From a virus, in the IMG/VR virus record IMGVR_UViG_3300047160_006886, positions 32,001 to 96,000 of that record: a DNA stretch of 64,000 nucleotides; one strand, 5' to 3'. Below the pieces are notes generated by a model, which did no database searches, was not told where the DNA came from, and saw only the letters and a program-made list of their open reading frames with translations. How positions within the stretch are numbered: position 1 is the first letter of the stretch; the number at the start of each line of letters is the position of its first letter. A program made the translations under genes and the position numbers. Below are positions 38,483 to 47,994 of the stretch, one piece after another.

Positions 38483-38791
38483 ATGGCAGGAAAGACGAAA
38501 GACCAACCGGCCGGGACCACGACCGAGGGCAACGGAGCACCGAGCCTGAAGCGGACCAAGTGCCCGATCACGCGGGAGCAGTTCGCCAAGGCCAACATGA
38601 CCGGCACCATGACCATCGAGTTCGCCGGTCAGAAGTTCGTGTTCAACCTCGCCCCCGAGGAGTTCAAGTCCGGCTCGATGGGCTGGAAGGTCAACGAAAA
38701 GATCAGGAAGTGCCCGGTCGGAGACGGCGTGGCAGACTTCCAGGTCGGCCTGAACCTGACCGTCATCGGCAGCAAGGACTTGCCACGCTGA
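38483..38791 (+). CDS. Conserved small beta protein
   Basis: EFKSGSMGW...QVGLNLTVIGSKDLP; AGGAG RBS. Confidence 0.65.
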   Translation: MAGKTKDQPAGTTTEGNGAPSLKRTKCPITREQFAKANMTGTMTIEFAGQKFVFNLAPEEFKSGSMGWKVNEKIRKCPVGDGVADFQVGLNLTVIGSKDLPR

Positions 38792-39122
38792 TCCATCGAG
38801 CGTGCTGGTCGCGGCACGGACGGAGAAGGGGCTTTCCGCGACCCCGAGAGGAGACAGGATCAATGGGACACTACTTCAAGAAAAAACGTCACGCCGAATG
38901 CCTCTGTGGCACCGGCAACTATTGTCACCATCACATGAGGTACGGGCTAGAGCAACACGAGCAGACGCGGGACTTCATCCGCCAAGGCACCGTGCATCTG
39001 ATCCCGACCGAAGACCTCGGCCGGCACAAGTGTGGCGGAGGCATCCGCGTGGTCAAGGCCAAGATTCAGTCAACTTGATTCGGCGACCATTTCATCAATC
39101 ATCAACAGAAAGGAAAGCGAAC

Positions 39123-40955
39123 ATGCCGACCGTGACTCAGAAAGCCGTTCGATCAAAGACGGCGAGCAACGGACAAGACGAGGCCGGGGAGCTGGTGTTC
39201 CCCGAGTTCGAGGTGGTCATCTGCGAGGGACCGCCGAAGGAGAAGGAAACCGTGCGGATCGGGGACAAGGTGTTCTCGGTCCGGGGCGGACTGACCGAGC
39301 TGGACGTGGACAAGATGCTCGGCTGGGAGCCGCTCGACGCCTTCCGCGAGCGGTTGCGGGCCGAGGGCAACCCGGATTGGGCTGCCGCGAGGTTCGACGC
39401 CGAGCGAGAGTTCGTCATCACGGACGAGGAGGGCCAGACCGTCTGCTGTCGCAACATCCACAAGCAGCGGCCGTTCGACCGTGACCTGGCCCTCAACTAC
39501 GGGCACCGGATGCTCAACCGGCACTGGGCCGGACCGACGTGCTATCCGGGCCGGACCATCAACGGTTCGGCCATCGAGATCACCAAGGCCGGCTTCGACC
39601 ACAACGGCATGCACCGGCTGATCGGAGCCAAGTTCGCGTTCCAGCTCCGACGCAAGCAGGAGGTGCGATGGCAGAGCAAGGACTTCTGGCCTCCCGACTT
39701 GTACCCCGACGGCCTCATCTTCGACACGATGGTGGTGTTCGGCATCTCGGACGCACGCGAGATCATCCGCACCATCGACGATTGCCGGCAACGCACCACG
39801 GCGGACGTGGCCTACACCGGCGACTCCTTCGACTCGTACCAGACCTTCGAGTACGACGCCGACGGCAAGACGAGGAGGAAGATGCCGGCGACCAACGCCC
39901 AGAAGAAGACCCTGTCGCGGATGCTGGCCAAGGCGGCGGAGTTCGTGTGGAAGCGGACCGGTCAGGCCGAAGTCAATCACTGGTGCAGATACTTCGATCA
40001 TGCCGAGTTCGAGGAGTTCGTGAAGCGGCATGCACGACTGGTCAAAGCGGTCGAGCACATCTTCGAGGAGAACCGCGAGCGGAGCCTGTCCAACCTCGGG
40101 CTCTCCCCCGGCGAATGTGCCGGCATGCTGTACCTGATGGCGGCGAGCAAGAGCGACAGAGACCGCTACACCGGGATCGCGAAAGGCTCCGGAGATTCAC
40201 CGCCGTCCGAACGGCGGATCGACTTTGCCAACTGGGAGCCGGCACTCAAGTTCTGGTCCGAGCTGGTCCGCGAGCCGAAACTGTCCGAAGTGTCCAAAGC
40301 GGTGAGACACGCCTTCGCCGTCATCGGCGAGATCGAAGTGCCCGAAGGTCAAGAGGAGGAAGAGCAGGAGATTAAGGACAACCGCTCGGTCGCCAAGCAA
40401 GTCATCCTCGCCAAGGCGTGGAACCTGCTCGCCGAAGACATCAAAGAGGACGAACAGGGCAAGCGGTTCTTGCCGTCCCGTCCGCAGCTCGACGCAGACG
40501 ACATCACGGTCGAGCACGTCGAGAAGGGTGCGGAGACTGAAGAGGGCCACACTGGAGTGTGGGTCCTCGCCTCGTTCGACGGCTTCGGCGGCATCGACGT
40601 CGGGCCGAAACGACCGGCCGAGAAAAAGCCGAAGCCCAAACCGTCCGACAAGGCCGAACTGCGGAGGCTGTCGGCCGAAGAATCTGCCGAGGTGCTCCGC
40701 AAGGCCAAGGAGGATAAGGCGGCGCAGGCCCAACAGAAGCGACTGGCAGAATCGCCGCTGCCGAAGAAGCCCAAGCCGTCTCCGGCCGATGTCAAGGGAC
40801 CGAAACCGAAGCGTGCGACGTCGAACGACGTCAACGCTGCTCAGACCGCACGTGCCCTCAAGGCGGATCAGGAAGCCGCTGCTCAGGGCAATCAGAAGGC
40901 AGCCGCTGCGGTGGCGGCTCACAAGAAGGGCGGCAATCTGAAAGGAGGTCTGTAA
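39123..40955 (+). CDS. Large protein with divergent ParB/Srx-like motif and basic tail
   Basis: QRPFD...ING...HNGMHRL...TIDD..QRT resembles the DGQHRL family. Confidence 0.55.
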   Translation: MPTVTQKAVRSKTASNGQDEAGELVFPEFEVVICEGPPKEKETVRIGDKVFSVRGGLTELDVDKMLGWEPLDAFRERLRAEGNPDWAAARFDAEREFVITDEEGQTVCCRNIHKQRPFDRDLALNYGHRMLNRHWAGPTCYPGRTINGSAIEITKAGFDHNGMHRLIGAKFAFQLRRKQEVRWQSKDFWPPDLYPDGLIFDTMVVFGISDAREIIRTIDDCRQRTTADVAYTGDSFDSYQTFEYDADGKTRRKMPATNAQKKTLSRMLAKAAEFVWKRTGQAEVNHWCRYFDHAEFEEFVKRHARLVKAVEHIFEENRERSLSNLGLSPGECAGMLYLMAASKSDRDRYTGIAKGSGDSPPSERRIDFANWEPALKFWSELVREPKLSEVSKAVRHAFAVIGEIEVPEGQEEEEQEIKDNRSVAKQVILAKAWNLLAEDIKEDEQGKRFLPSRPQLDADDITVEHVEKGAETEEGHTGVWVLASFDGFGGIDVGPKRPAEKKPKPKPSDKAELRRLSAEESAEVLRKAKEDKAAQAQQKRLAESPLPKKPKPSPADVKGPKPKRATSNDVNAAQTARALKADQEAAAQGNQKAAAAVAAHKKGGNLKGGL

Positions 40956-40960
40956 TCATC

Positions 40961-41215
40961 ATGGCGTCTGAACACGGACCACTCATCGACACTATGGCTG
41001 AAGCCCTTGCCAAGTTCGACGAGTCCCATGAGTTCGCCCTGTCCGAGGCCGGCGTCGAGACCGGCCGCTTCGCCACCATCGCCGAGGCCAGGGAGGAGGT
41101 CCGGACGACCTGGGGCGAAGGTCGTCAGCTCGAATGGCGGCGAATGATCGTCGACGGACGGCGAATGCTCGTCCATGAGCAGTTCGCCATCTATTCTGTA
41201 CCGAAGAAGTCGTGA
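40961..41215 (+). CDS. Hypothetical protein
   Basis: GGAGG RBS. Confidence 0.6.
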   Translation: MASEHGPLIDTMAEALAKFDESHEFALSEAGVETGRFATIAEAREEVRTTWGEGRQLEWRRMIVDGRRMLVHEQFAIYSVPKKS

Positions 41216-41341
41216 CGACTTCTCTTCCACCCCTCCTCGGCCTGCCCAGGGTCGGCGAGGGGGACAAGAGCAGCCGACCGATGGCCACCGAGTCTCGCTT
41301 CGAGGCCGGGGCCGCTGCGGTGCTCGCAAGGAGAACGAACG

Positions 41342-41641
41342 ATGGCAGATGTCAATGTCAAGACGGTGTCGTTGGAGTTGAAGACCTGCAAACTGACCAA
41401 AGCGATTCTTAAGCAGATTCCGATGATCAGCTACTCCCAGTACGCCAACGTCCGGTCGGTCTTCACCGAGGAGGGCCACGAAGTCGCCGAGTGCGTCATC
41501 GGCTGGGTCCACGGCTCGGTGCTTGGTGCCGACCATGACCACTGGCTGATCGTCAAGACGCCGGACGGCTACGGCCGGTTGAACATCGGTCTCGGCGGAA
41601 ATGACCTCCGCAAGAAGTACCCGCAGATCTACATCGTGTAG
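41342..41641 (+). CDS. Hypothetical protein
   Basis: AAGGAG RBS; ends PQIYIV. Confidence 0.65.
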   Translation: MADVNVKTVSLELKTCKLTKAILKQIPMISYSQYANVRSVFTEEGHEVAECVIGWVHGSVLGADHDHWLIVKTPDGYGRLNIGLGGNDLRKKYPQIYIV

Positions 41642-41778
41642 ACGACTCCTCTTACCGCCCTCCGTAGCCCACCCACCGTGTCGCGGTCAACGGCCAAGCG
41701 TGAGGTGGAGCGGAGGGTGGACCGAGCAGCCGTTTGCTGTCTCCTGCCGAGGGTCAGTGATCTCTCACATGGAGATAC

Positions 41779-42132
41779 GTGATGCGTATTACCAAGAAGT
41801 GGGCCAGGAGCGTTCGTGACGCTCTCCAAGCCAGGGTCAAGGAGTTGCGATTCATGGACGCCGAGCAGCTGCGGACGGAGCACAACAAGCTCTTCCCGAC
41901 CGCAACCGTCCGCATCGCCGATGACATCTGTGCCAACTGCGGTGGACCGGTCGGCAAGCAGCCGGCGTCCGGGAGCGACCGCATCGTCTGCCTCGGCCGA
42001 GACGGCGGCATCCGGCCCTGCATGACCGCCGAGCGGACGATGGCCGAGGTTGACCGCAGCCAGGAGGAGATGACCCGTAAACTGATGATGCTGAAGATCG
42101 ACGAGCTGATACCGTCGAGCATCGTTGACTAG
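41779..42132 (+). CDS. Hypothetical protein
   Basis: GGAG RBS. Confidence 0.55.
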   Translation: MMRITKKWARSVRDALQARVKELRFMDAEQLRTEHNKLFPTATVRIADDICANCGGPVGKQPASGSDRIVCLGRDGGIRPCMTAERTMAEVDRSQEEMTRKLMMLKIDELIPSSIVD

Positions 42133-42294
42133 ACCAGTCCTTCTTCCACCGCTCCGGGAACTGGCGGGCGGCTATGGTCCGGACGCGAACTCTCTGAGAT
42201 GGCGAAACCCGGCCAGACGCCATGTTCCGAAAATCCCTACCAGCCCGGAGCGGGACAAGAACGATACTAAACCCAACAAGAGAAAGGAAACCAA

Positions 42295-42528
42295 ATGAGC
42301 AAGGAAAGAGACAAACACATTGACGACTTGAACGATCTGGTCAGCTATCTTCAAAAGGAGGGATTGGACGCCGACGACCTGGAGGGAGCCGTCTGCGACG
42401 AGAAGAAAAATGAAGCGGATTTGCTTATCGAAGAAGGGCTTATGAGTGTATGCGAATACCTGATTGAAAACGGTTGGCATTTAGAAGCCATCAGAAACGA
42501 AGCAAGACAAGAAAAGGCCCAGGAGTGA
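42295..42528 (+). CDS. Acidic hypothetical protein (low GC)
   Basis: AAGGA RBS. Confidence 0.6.
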   Translation: MSKERDKHIDDLNDLVSYLQKEGLDADDLEGAVCDEKKNEADLLIEEGLMSVCEYLIENGWHLEAIRNEARQEKAQE

Positions 42529-42583
42529 CACGGCACTGTCATCCGTGAGAGGACCAGCCGCTCTTCAGGCTGGACTGTAAGGA
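42529..42583 (+). ncRNA. Unassigned two-hairpin RNA motif, copy 1
   Basis: Three pairings covary with copy 2. Confidence 0.65.
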
Positions 42584-42590
42584 AAGTGAA

Positions 42591-42821
42591 ATGAAAATCC
42601 TATTAGAGCCGCTGTTAGACTGGATCACCAGCAACGTCTATGACAGCGGGCACGGTTTGTTGGGTCCGCCCAGTTGGGTGATCGATGCCGAGACCATCTT
42701 GGACAAGCTAAGGGAGCTGGCCGGTATATCCAAACACGAAATGACTGTGGCTTATGACCAGGCAAGAATCCGAGTACATGGAAGAAACGTTGATGGGGGA
42801 ACCTACCTCGACGAGAACTGA
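42591..42821 (+). CDS. Hypothetical protein
   Basis: Lies between the two RNA motif copies. Confidence 0.6.
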   Translation: MKILLEPLLDWITSNVYDSGHGLLGPPSWVIDAETILDKLRELAGISKHEMTVAYDQARIRVHGRNVDGGTYLDEN

Positions 42822-42876
42822 CTGGGCAGCGTCATCCCAGACACGAGCGAGCGGTGTTCAGCTCGCACAGTCAGGA
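42822..42876 (+). ncRNA. Unassigned two-hairpin RNA motif, copy 2
   Basis: Same spacing as copy 1, with compensatory changes. Confidence 0.65.
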
Positions 42877-42884
42877 GTTCAATC

Positions 42885-45431
42885 ATGAAAGCCAAAGACA
42901 TCAAGCAAGGCCACCACTACGAAACGAAGATCGGCGGCAAGCTGACAGTCGTAAAAGTAGATCGGATCAACGAGGAGCGAGAGCCAACGCTGGGCACCAA
43001 CCGCTCCCGGAAGACCGGGAAGATGACTTTTGAGGTCACCAACCTCTCAACCGGCCGCAAGACCACGTTCCGGTCGGCGGCGAAGTTCCGTCGGGAGGCC
43101 ACCCCCGGCAGCCTCGTCATGGAGCATGAAAACAAACGCATCAAGAGATTGCAGGAGCAAGTTGCCGAGAAGGTCATCCGCCCGACCATCGACAAGCTAG
43201 TCGAGCAAGGAGTCCTGCCGAAGCCCACCGGCGAGGTAAAGATCGAGTACCCCAATGTCCCTTTCGCCGAGCGGGAGGCGAGACCCCCAGCGAAATCGTC
43301 GAGCGACACTCCAGGCTCCACGGCACGCTCCAGCCGCTCGACCCCACCTTCGTCCGGAACTCAGTCGACAGCAAGGACAACCGCTGCTGGTGTGAACATT
43401 GCTCAGCCGCACGGCAGCCGAGAGAATCCCGGCAGCAGCGACGAGATCGAGAGCACCGAGAACAGCTCCAGCGAGGCTACCGAATCCTCGCCGGCGAGGC
43501 CGCTGACCCACCAGCAGGTCAAGGCGATATTCGACGCGGTGGACAAGACCGAGTTGCTCAAGAAGGTCCGCTCGACAAACGATCCGACTCCCCTCTCGCT
43601 TCAGCAGTGCCAGGAGGTTGTGATGAGCGAACAGGAGGAGGTGCTCAAGATCATGAGAGAGACCAGGGGCAAGCCGGAGTTGCGAGACAAGAAGCTGCGG
43701 GAGCTGGCCAACCGACACAACCGTGGTGGAAGGAGATCGCAGACCAACACGCTGAGTGCTCCCGACGAAGCCTCAAGCCACCACACAGGACTGACTTCCG
43801 AAACATCTCCTTTGACCCTTCCCTCGTCACCGGCAGATGCAGATGTCGAGCCTGCCGGGAAGGAGTCAACAACGGCTACCGACCCAGCATCACAGCAACC
43901 CCAACTGACCCCGACGAGGGAGAAGGATGCCCCGGTAGTTGAGAACCTGAAGGAGACGCTCCAGCGGGCAATCAACCAGGTGACCGAGACGATTCCTGAA
44001 GCCGCCGGTCTCCAGGGCGATCAGCCGCAGGCATTCATCGACCTGACTACTAAGATCAGCGATGGCAAGCGGGTCGTGGTGCTGTGTGGCTTCGCCGGCA
44101 CGGGCAAGACCGTGCTGCTGACTCGGATCGCCCGCTGGGCCAAGCGGCAGAAGTACGATGTGAAAATCGCCGCCCCGACCCACAAAGCAGCATCGGTCAT
44201 TTCTCAGAAACTCGCTTCGTCCGGACCCGGTGGAACCGACATCGAGGTCCGCACGATTCATTCGATGCTCGGCTTGAGGCTGGAGCCGGATTACGAGTCC
44301 GACTCCGGCGGTCACATCCTGACTGCCCAGGACAGCAAGTCCAAGGTGAAGACCGGCCTGGTGATTTGTGACGAAGCGTCGATGGTCGGTGAAGTCCTCA
44401 AAGACCACATCGAGAAGTCGAGCAGCGACATCATCTGGGTATTCGTAGGGGATTTAGCTCAGCTCCCGCCGGTCGGCGAGAGCATCAGCGAACTCCTGGA
44501 CGAGCCGGATGCGGTGCTGGAGAACGTGCTCCGCCAGGCCCAGGGATCGGAGATCCTGAACCTGGCGACCCGCATCCGCAAGGGTGACATGAGCATGAAG
44601 CACAAGAAGGGCAAGGACGTATTCGAGGTCGCCGATGCCGAGCAGCTGTTCCAGGCCGCTCTGACCAAGTTCCGGGACCCGGCCTACCAGAAAGACCCGT
44701 CGTTCGCACGGATGCTGGTCTTCAAGAACGCAAGGCGGCAGGCCATCAACGCCCGGATGCGAGACCTGCTGGTCGGCTCCCAGCAGCCTTATGAGCCGGG
44801 CGAGTGGCTGGTCATGTACCAGCAGTTCGCTCCGGAGAAGTCGCGGCTCAATCTCATGGCCGAGGAGGCGAAGAAGTTTCCGAAGGGCGACCGCAGACGC
44901 GGCCCGGCCTGGAAGCGGTTCTTCGACTACCAGCGGCAGCTCGGCGAGTCGGTGTCAATGCTCCATGTCAGCGAGGAGGTCCGCGTGGTAGCGGTCTCCG
45001 AACGGGATGTCGATATCGACGACTACACATTCGGCGTCTGGAGCCTGACCGTCCGGACCAAGGACGACCAGGAATACGTCCTGCCGGTACTCAAGGACGA
45101 GGAGCGGGAGCGTCACTCGAAGGCCCTGGCGACCATCATGGCCAAGGCCCAGGAATATCGAGCCGAGCGGGATGAGTGCCCGAAGGGGTCGCCTGACTGG
45201 ATTGATTGGGACGAGAAGCGGAAGAAGGAGTGGGGCCGCTATTTCGGCATGGAGTCCACGTTCGCTCAAGTGGACTACTGCTACTGCATGACCACCCACA
45301 AGAGCCAGGGGTCCACGTTCGATCATGTGTTCGTCGATGTCCCCGACTTGATGTCGAGCGGCGGCATGCAACAACGAATCCTTTACACGTCGGTTACACG
45401 ACCGGCGAAAAGCCTGACCTTTTACAAGTGA
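42885..45431 (+). CDS. Dda/RecD-like SF1B helicase with long N-terminal extension
   Basis: GFAGTGKT, AAPTHKAA, TIHS, CDEASM, GDLAQLPPV, THKSQGSTF, YTSVTR. Confidence 0.9.
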   Translation: MKAKDIKQGHHYETKIGGKLTVVKVDRINEEREPTLGTNRSRKTGKMTFEVTNLSTGRKTTFRSAAKFRREATPGSLVMEHENKRIKRLQEQVAEKVIRPTIDKLVEQGVLPKPTGEVKIEYPNVPFAEREARPPAKSSSDTPGSTARSSRSTPPSSGTQSTARTTAAGVNIAQPHGSRENPGSSDEIESTENSSSEATESSPARPLTHQQVKAIFDAVDKTELLKKVRSTNDPTPLSLQQCQEVVMSEQEEVLKIMRETRGKPELRDKKLRELANRHNRGGRRSQTNTLSAPDEASSHHTGLTSETSPLTLPSSPADADVEPAGKESTTATDPASQQPQLTPTREKDAPVVENLKETLQRAINQVTETIPEAAGLQGDQPQAFIDLTTKISDGKRVVVLCGFAGTGKTVLLTRIARWAKRQKYDVKIAAPTHKAASVISQKLASSGPGGTDIEVRTIHSMLGLRLEPDYESDSGGHILTAQDSKSKVKTGLVICDEASMVGEVLKDHIEKSSSDIIWVFVGDLAQLPPVGESISELLDEPDAVLENVLRQAQGSEILNLATRIRKGDMSMKHKKGKDVFEVADAEQLFQAALTKFRDPAYQKDPSFARMLVFKNARRQAINARMRDLLVGSQQPYEPGEWLVMYQQFAPEKSRLNLMAEEAKKFPKGDRRRGPAWKRFFDYQRQLGESVSMLHVSEEVRVVAVSERDVDIDDYTFGVWSLTVRTKDDQEYVLPVLKDEERERHSKALATIMAKAQEYRAERDECPKGSPDWIDWDEKRKKEWGRYFGMESTFAQVDYCYCMTTHKSQGSTFDHVFVDVPDLMSSGGMQQRILYTSVTRPAKSLTFYK

Positions 45432-45693
45432 AAGGAGATTCAAGCAATGTTGCTAGGCAAGCAGACAATATCCATCAGAGCCATCATCCGACCAAGATGG
45501 TTGAACACCGAGATGAGGACTCGCATCAACGAGAGCAAAGTCAGCCAGTACGCCCCTCGAGATGTCTGAAGCTGCTGTCGGAAGCAGCAGCGGCAGGGGA
45601 TGTCGACCCCGATGATGTCACCGATGCAGCCGTTGCCTACTTGAAGGACAACGGCTGGATCAAGAAACCAAGAAAAGAAAGGAGACCCAAGCA

Positions 45694-46314
45694 ATGACCG
45701 ACGACAACAAACCGCCGGACTTCGACAAGTTCCTGGCGAAGATGCAGATCACCGTGGAAGAGATGGAGGCCGAACGGGACACCATCCTCGCCTGGCTCAA
45801 GGGCCTCTACTCCAAGCGGGAGTTCGATGGCAACCTGATGCCGACCCTGTTCGTGCGGGTCATCGACTTCGCCACCTCCGAAGAGGAGATGGCGGTCACG
45901 GTCGTGCCCGGCAGCTTTAACGAAGGCCACGAGAAGCACCCGGTTATGGAGAAAGCCGGTCGCGAGCTGTATGAGCGGGAGAAGATCCCTCGCAGTATCT
46001 TCATAGCTGCCGAGGCCTGGATGGCCAGCTATAAGGGCGAGGTCAAGGACATCAAGGCCCAACCCCGCGATGACCCGAACCGCCGCGAGGTGGTCATCAT
46101 CAACGGCAGTTCGTTCGACCAGAAGCACCAGCTGATGGCGGCGTTGCCCATCGTTCGTCCGGCCAGGGGCAGCCGGAAGCTGCGGCCCTATCTCGACTTC
46201 TCGAAGCTGGAGACCGGGGCCACGCAGATCACCTCCCGGCTGCTCGAATCGTTCGTGCGAGGCTACGTCATGGCCTGCCCGCCGCTGGCCAGGGCGATCC
46301 TCGAACGGAACTAA
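45694..46314 (+). CDS. Hypothetical protein
   Basis: AEAWM...PRDDPNRREVV motif; GGAG RBS. Confidence 0.65.
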   Translation: MTDDNKPPDFDKFLAKMQITVEEMEAERDTILAWLKGLYSKREFDGNLMPTLFVRVIDFATSEEEMAVTVVPGSFNEGHEKHPVMEKAGRELYEREKIPRSIFIAAEAWMASYKGEVKDIKAQPRDDPNRREVVIINGSSFDQKHQLMAALPIVRPARGSRKLRPYLDFSKLETGATQITSRLLESFVRGYVMACPPLARAILERN

Positions 46315-46327
46315 GAAAGGAGGACCC

Positions 46328-46604
46328 ATGAATCTGTACCTGATCTCGCAGACCGTCAACGACGACTACGACACCTACTCCGAGGCGGTCGTCGCCGCCG
46401 AGACCGAAGCGGAAGCCCGCAGCATCCACCCGAAAGGCGATAAGCGGCTTCCCCCCGGTCCGGAGATCGACCCCGATGACGTATGGTACGACTACCGCGA
46501 CTGGGTCCAGGACCCGAAGGATGTCAAGGTCCGGTTGATCGGGTCTCGTCGCCGTCGATGTCAAGCCGGGCGAAGTCCTCTGTGCCAGGTTCCACGCTGG
46601 ATGA
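46328..46604 (+). pseudogene. Conserved small phage gene with a +1 frameshift near 46541
   Basis: MNLYLISQ..N.DYDTY...VKVRLIG; the expected C-terminus (GEVLCARFHAG*) is in another frame. Confidence 0.6.
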
Positions 46605-46876
46605 AACGTGAAGAACCGGTCTCGCCTGGACCGTCAGCTGCCCCTTGTCACTCTTGGCAGCCAGGCCGTGAAGCTCGGCAAGATCCTGATGAGAGTGCGG
46701 GACGAGATCATGGCCCCGCTCTGCGTCAGCTCGCCGAAAGACGGCAGCGTCCATAGCTGCTCGGCACTCGACTGCCCGGTGCACGGCGAGCGGAACCGGA
46801 CCGTGCCCGGCTTTGGCCCGCTGCCGGAGGAGGTCGAAGGAGTCAGACTGCTCAAGAGAAAGGAAGGTGATCCACA

Positions 46877-47929
46877 ATGAAGTGGCTGCGACAGATGCTC
46901 TTCAGCATCCCCCAAGCAACAATGATGCACCGCCGTTACTGGAAGCTCGGCTGCTTCGAAGTGACCAGGGACGGCATCTTCCTGCGGAAGAGTCCGAAGC
47001 TCTCACCCAGGGATCAGGCCATCCTGGTCTACCTGTCGAACTCGACGAAGGTGGGCCGGATGCAGATGTACTTGGAATGTGCCGTCTGCGGCGAGGGACC
47101 GAAGGTGTTCGAAGTTCCCGATGACGCCTGCTCGATGCTGGAGATGTGGGAGAACATGAAGCTGCGGATACCGATGTCCCAGTTCGCCATGCCCTTCCCA
47201 ACCGTCTGCATCGAGTTCCCCGACAATTACGCCAAGCGGCGGCTGGTGCCCAACGCGGCCTGGCGAGACTGCCAGGACCACCCCGGCCGCAACCAAGGTG
47301 AAAAGCACTCACCAGTCCTGGCTATCGTCCGCTTCGAGAAGGACCTCGACGTGATCTTCGTCTCGGTGGGCTTCGACTCGGCGACCAGCTGCTGCATGTC
47401 GCTCGACCGCCGCGATGCCCCGGACGGCACGTTGGAGGATCTGTTGAAGCTGGCCGAGACCCGCGACCGTGACGGCAGGATGGAAGCGAGCGATGAGGAG
47501 TGGGCCGAGGCGGTCACCATCGCCAGGGCCTGCCTCAACGCCTGCCTCTTTTTCTGCGAGCCGTCGACCGTCCTCGACTCGACGCTCGCCAACCCGTCCT
47601 TCCACCGGCGGTTGCTGCGGCAGGGTCATCACGATCAGGCCGCGACCATTCCCTGGCTCTACACCTGGAGCGGCTTCAACCGGCATCGCAAGCTCTACGC
47701 TCCGAAGTCGGTCAGCAATGGTGAGAGCGGAGGAAGGACAGTCCGGCCGCACTGGCGGGAGGGCCACTGGACGATGCAACCTTACGGTCCAATGGTCATA
47801 GGTGAAGATGGGAAGAAGCACTGGGGACCGCTCAGACGGCGGACCCGGATCGACGCCCTGCTAGTACACGGAAGCGACGACCCACCGCCGGTGGAGGAGG
47901 AGCCTCTATCGCCATCAAGACTGAAATGA
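46877..47929 (+). CDS. Conserved phage hypothetical protein
   Basis: C-terminal RPHWREGHW..QPYGP motif. Confidence 0.7.
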   Translation: MKWLRQMLFSIPQATMMHRRYWKLGCFEVTRDGIFLRKSPKLSPRDQAILVYLSNSTKVGRMQMYLECAVCGEGPKVFEVPDDACSMLEMWENMKLRIPMSQFAMPFPTVCIEFPDNYAKRRLVPNAAWRDCQDHPGRNQGEKHSPVLAIVRFEKDLDVIFVSVGFDSATSCCMSLDRRDAPDGTLEDLLKLAETRDRDGRMEASDEEWAEAVTIARACLNACLFFCEPSTVLDSTLANPSFHRRLLRQGHHDQAATIPWLYTWSGFNRHRKLYAPKSVSNGESGGRTVRPHWREGHWTMQPYGPMVIGEDGKKHWGPLRRRTRIDALLVHGSDDPPPVEEEPLSPSRLK

Positions 47930-47992
47930 AGAATCCCCCGACCTTTCCAGCCCTGGGGGGAGGGATCTGGAGGGTCGGGGGATTCTTCATTT
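47924..47992. terminator. Long hairpin at the convergence point, probably a bidirectional terminator
   Basis: aaatgaagaatcccccgacc / ggtcgggggattcttcattt. Confidence 0.75.
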
Positions 47993-47994
47993 CA

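Noticed and set aside
42190-42215. ctgaga...gaaa as a hammerhead core
   Set aside because: It does not fit CUGAnGA, and stems I-III cannot be formed
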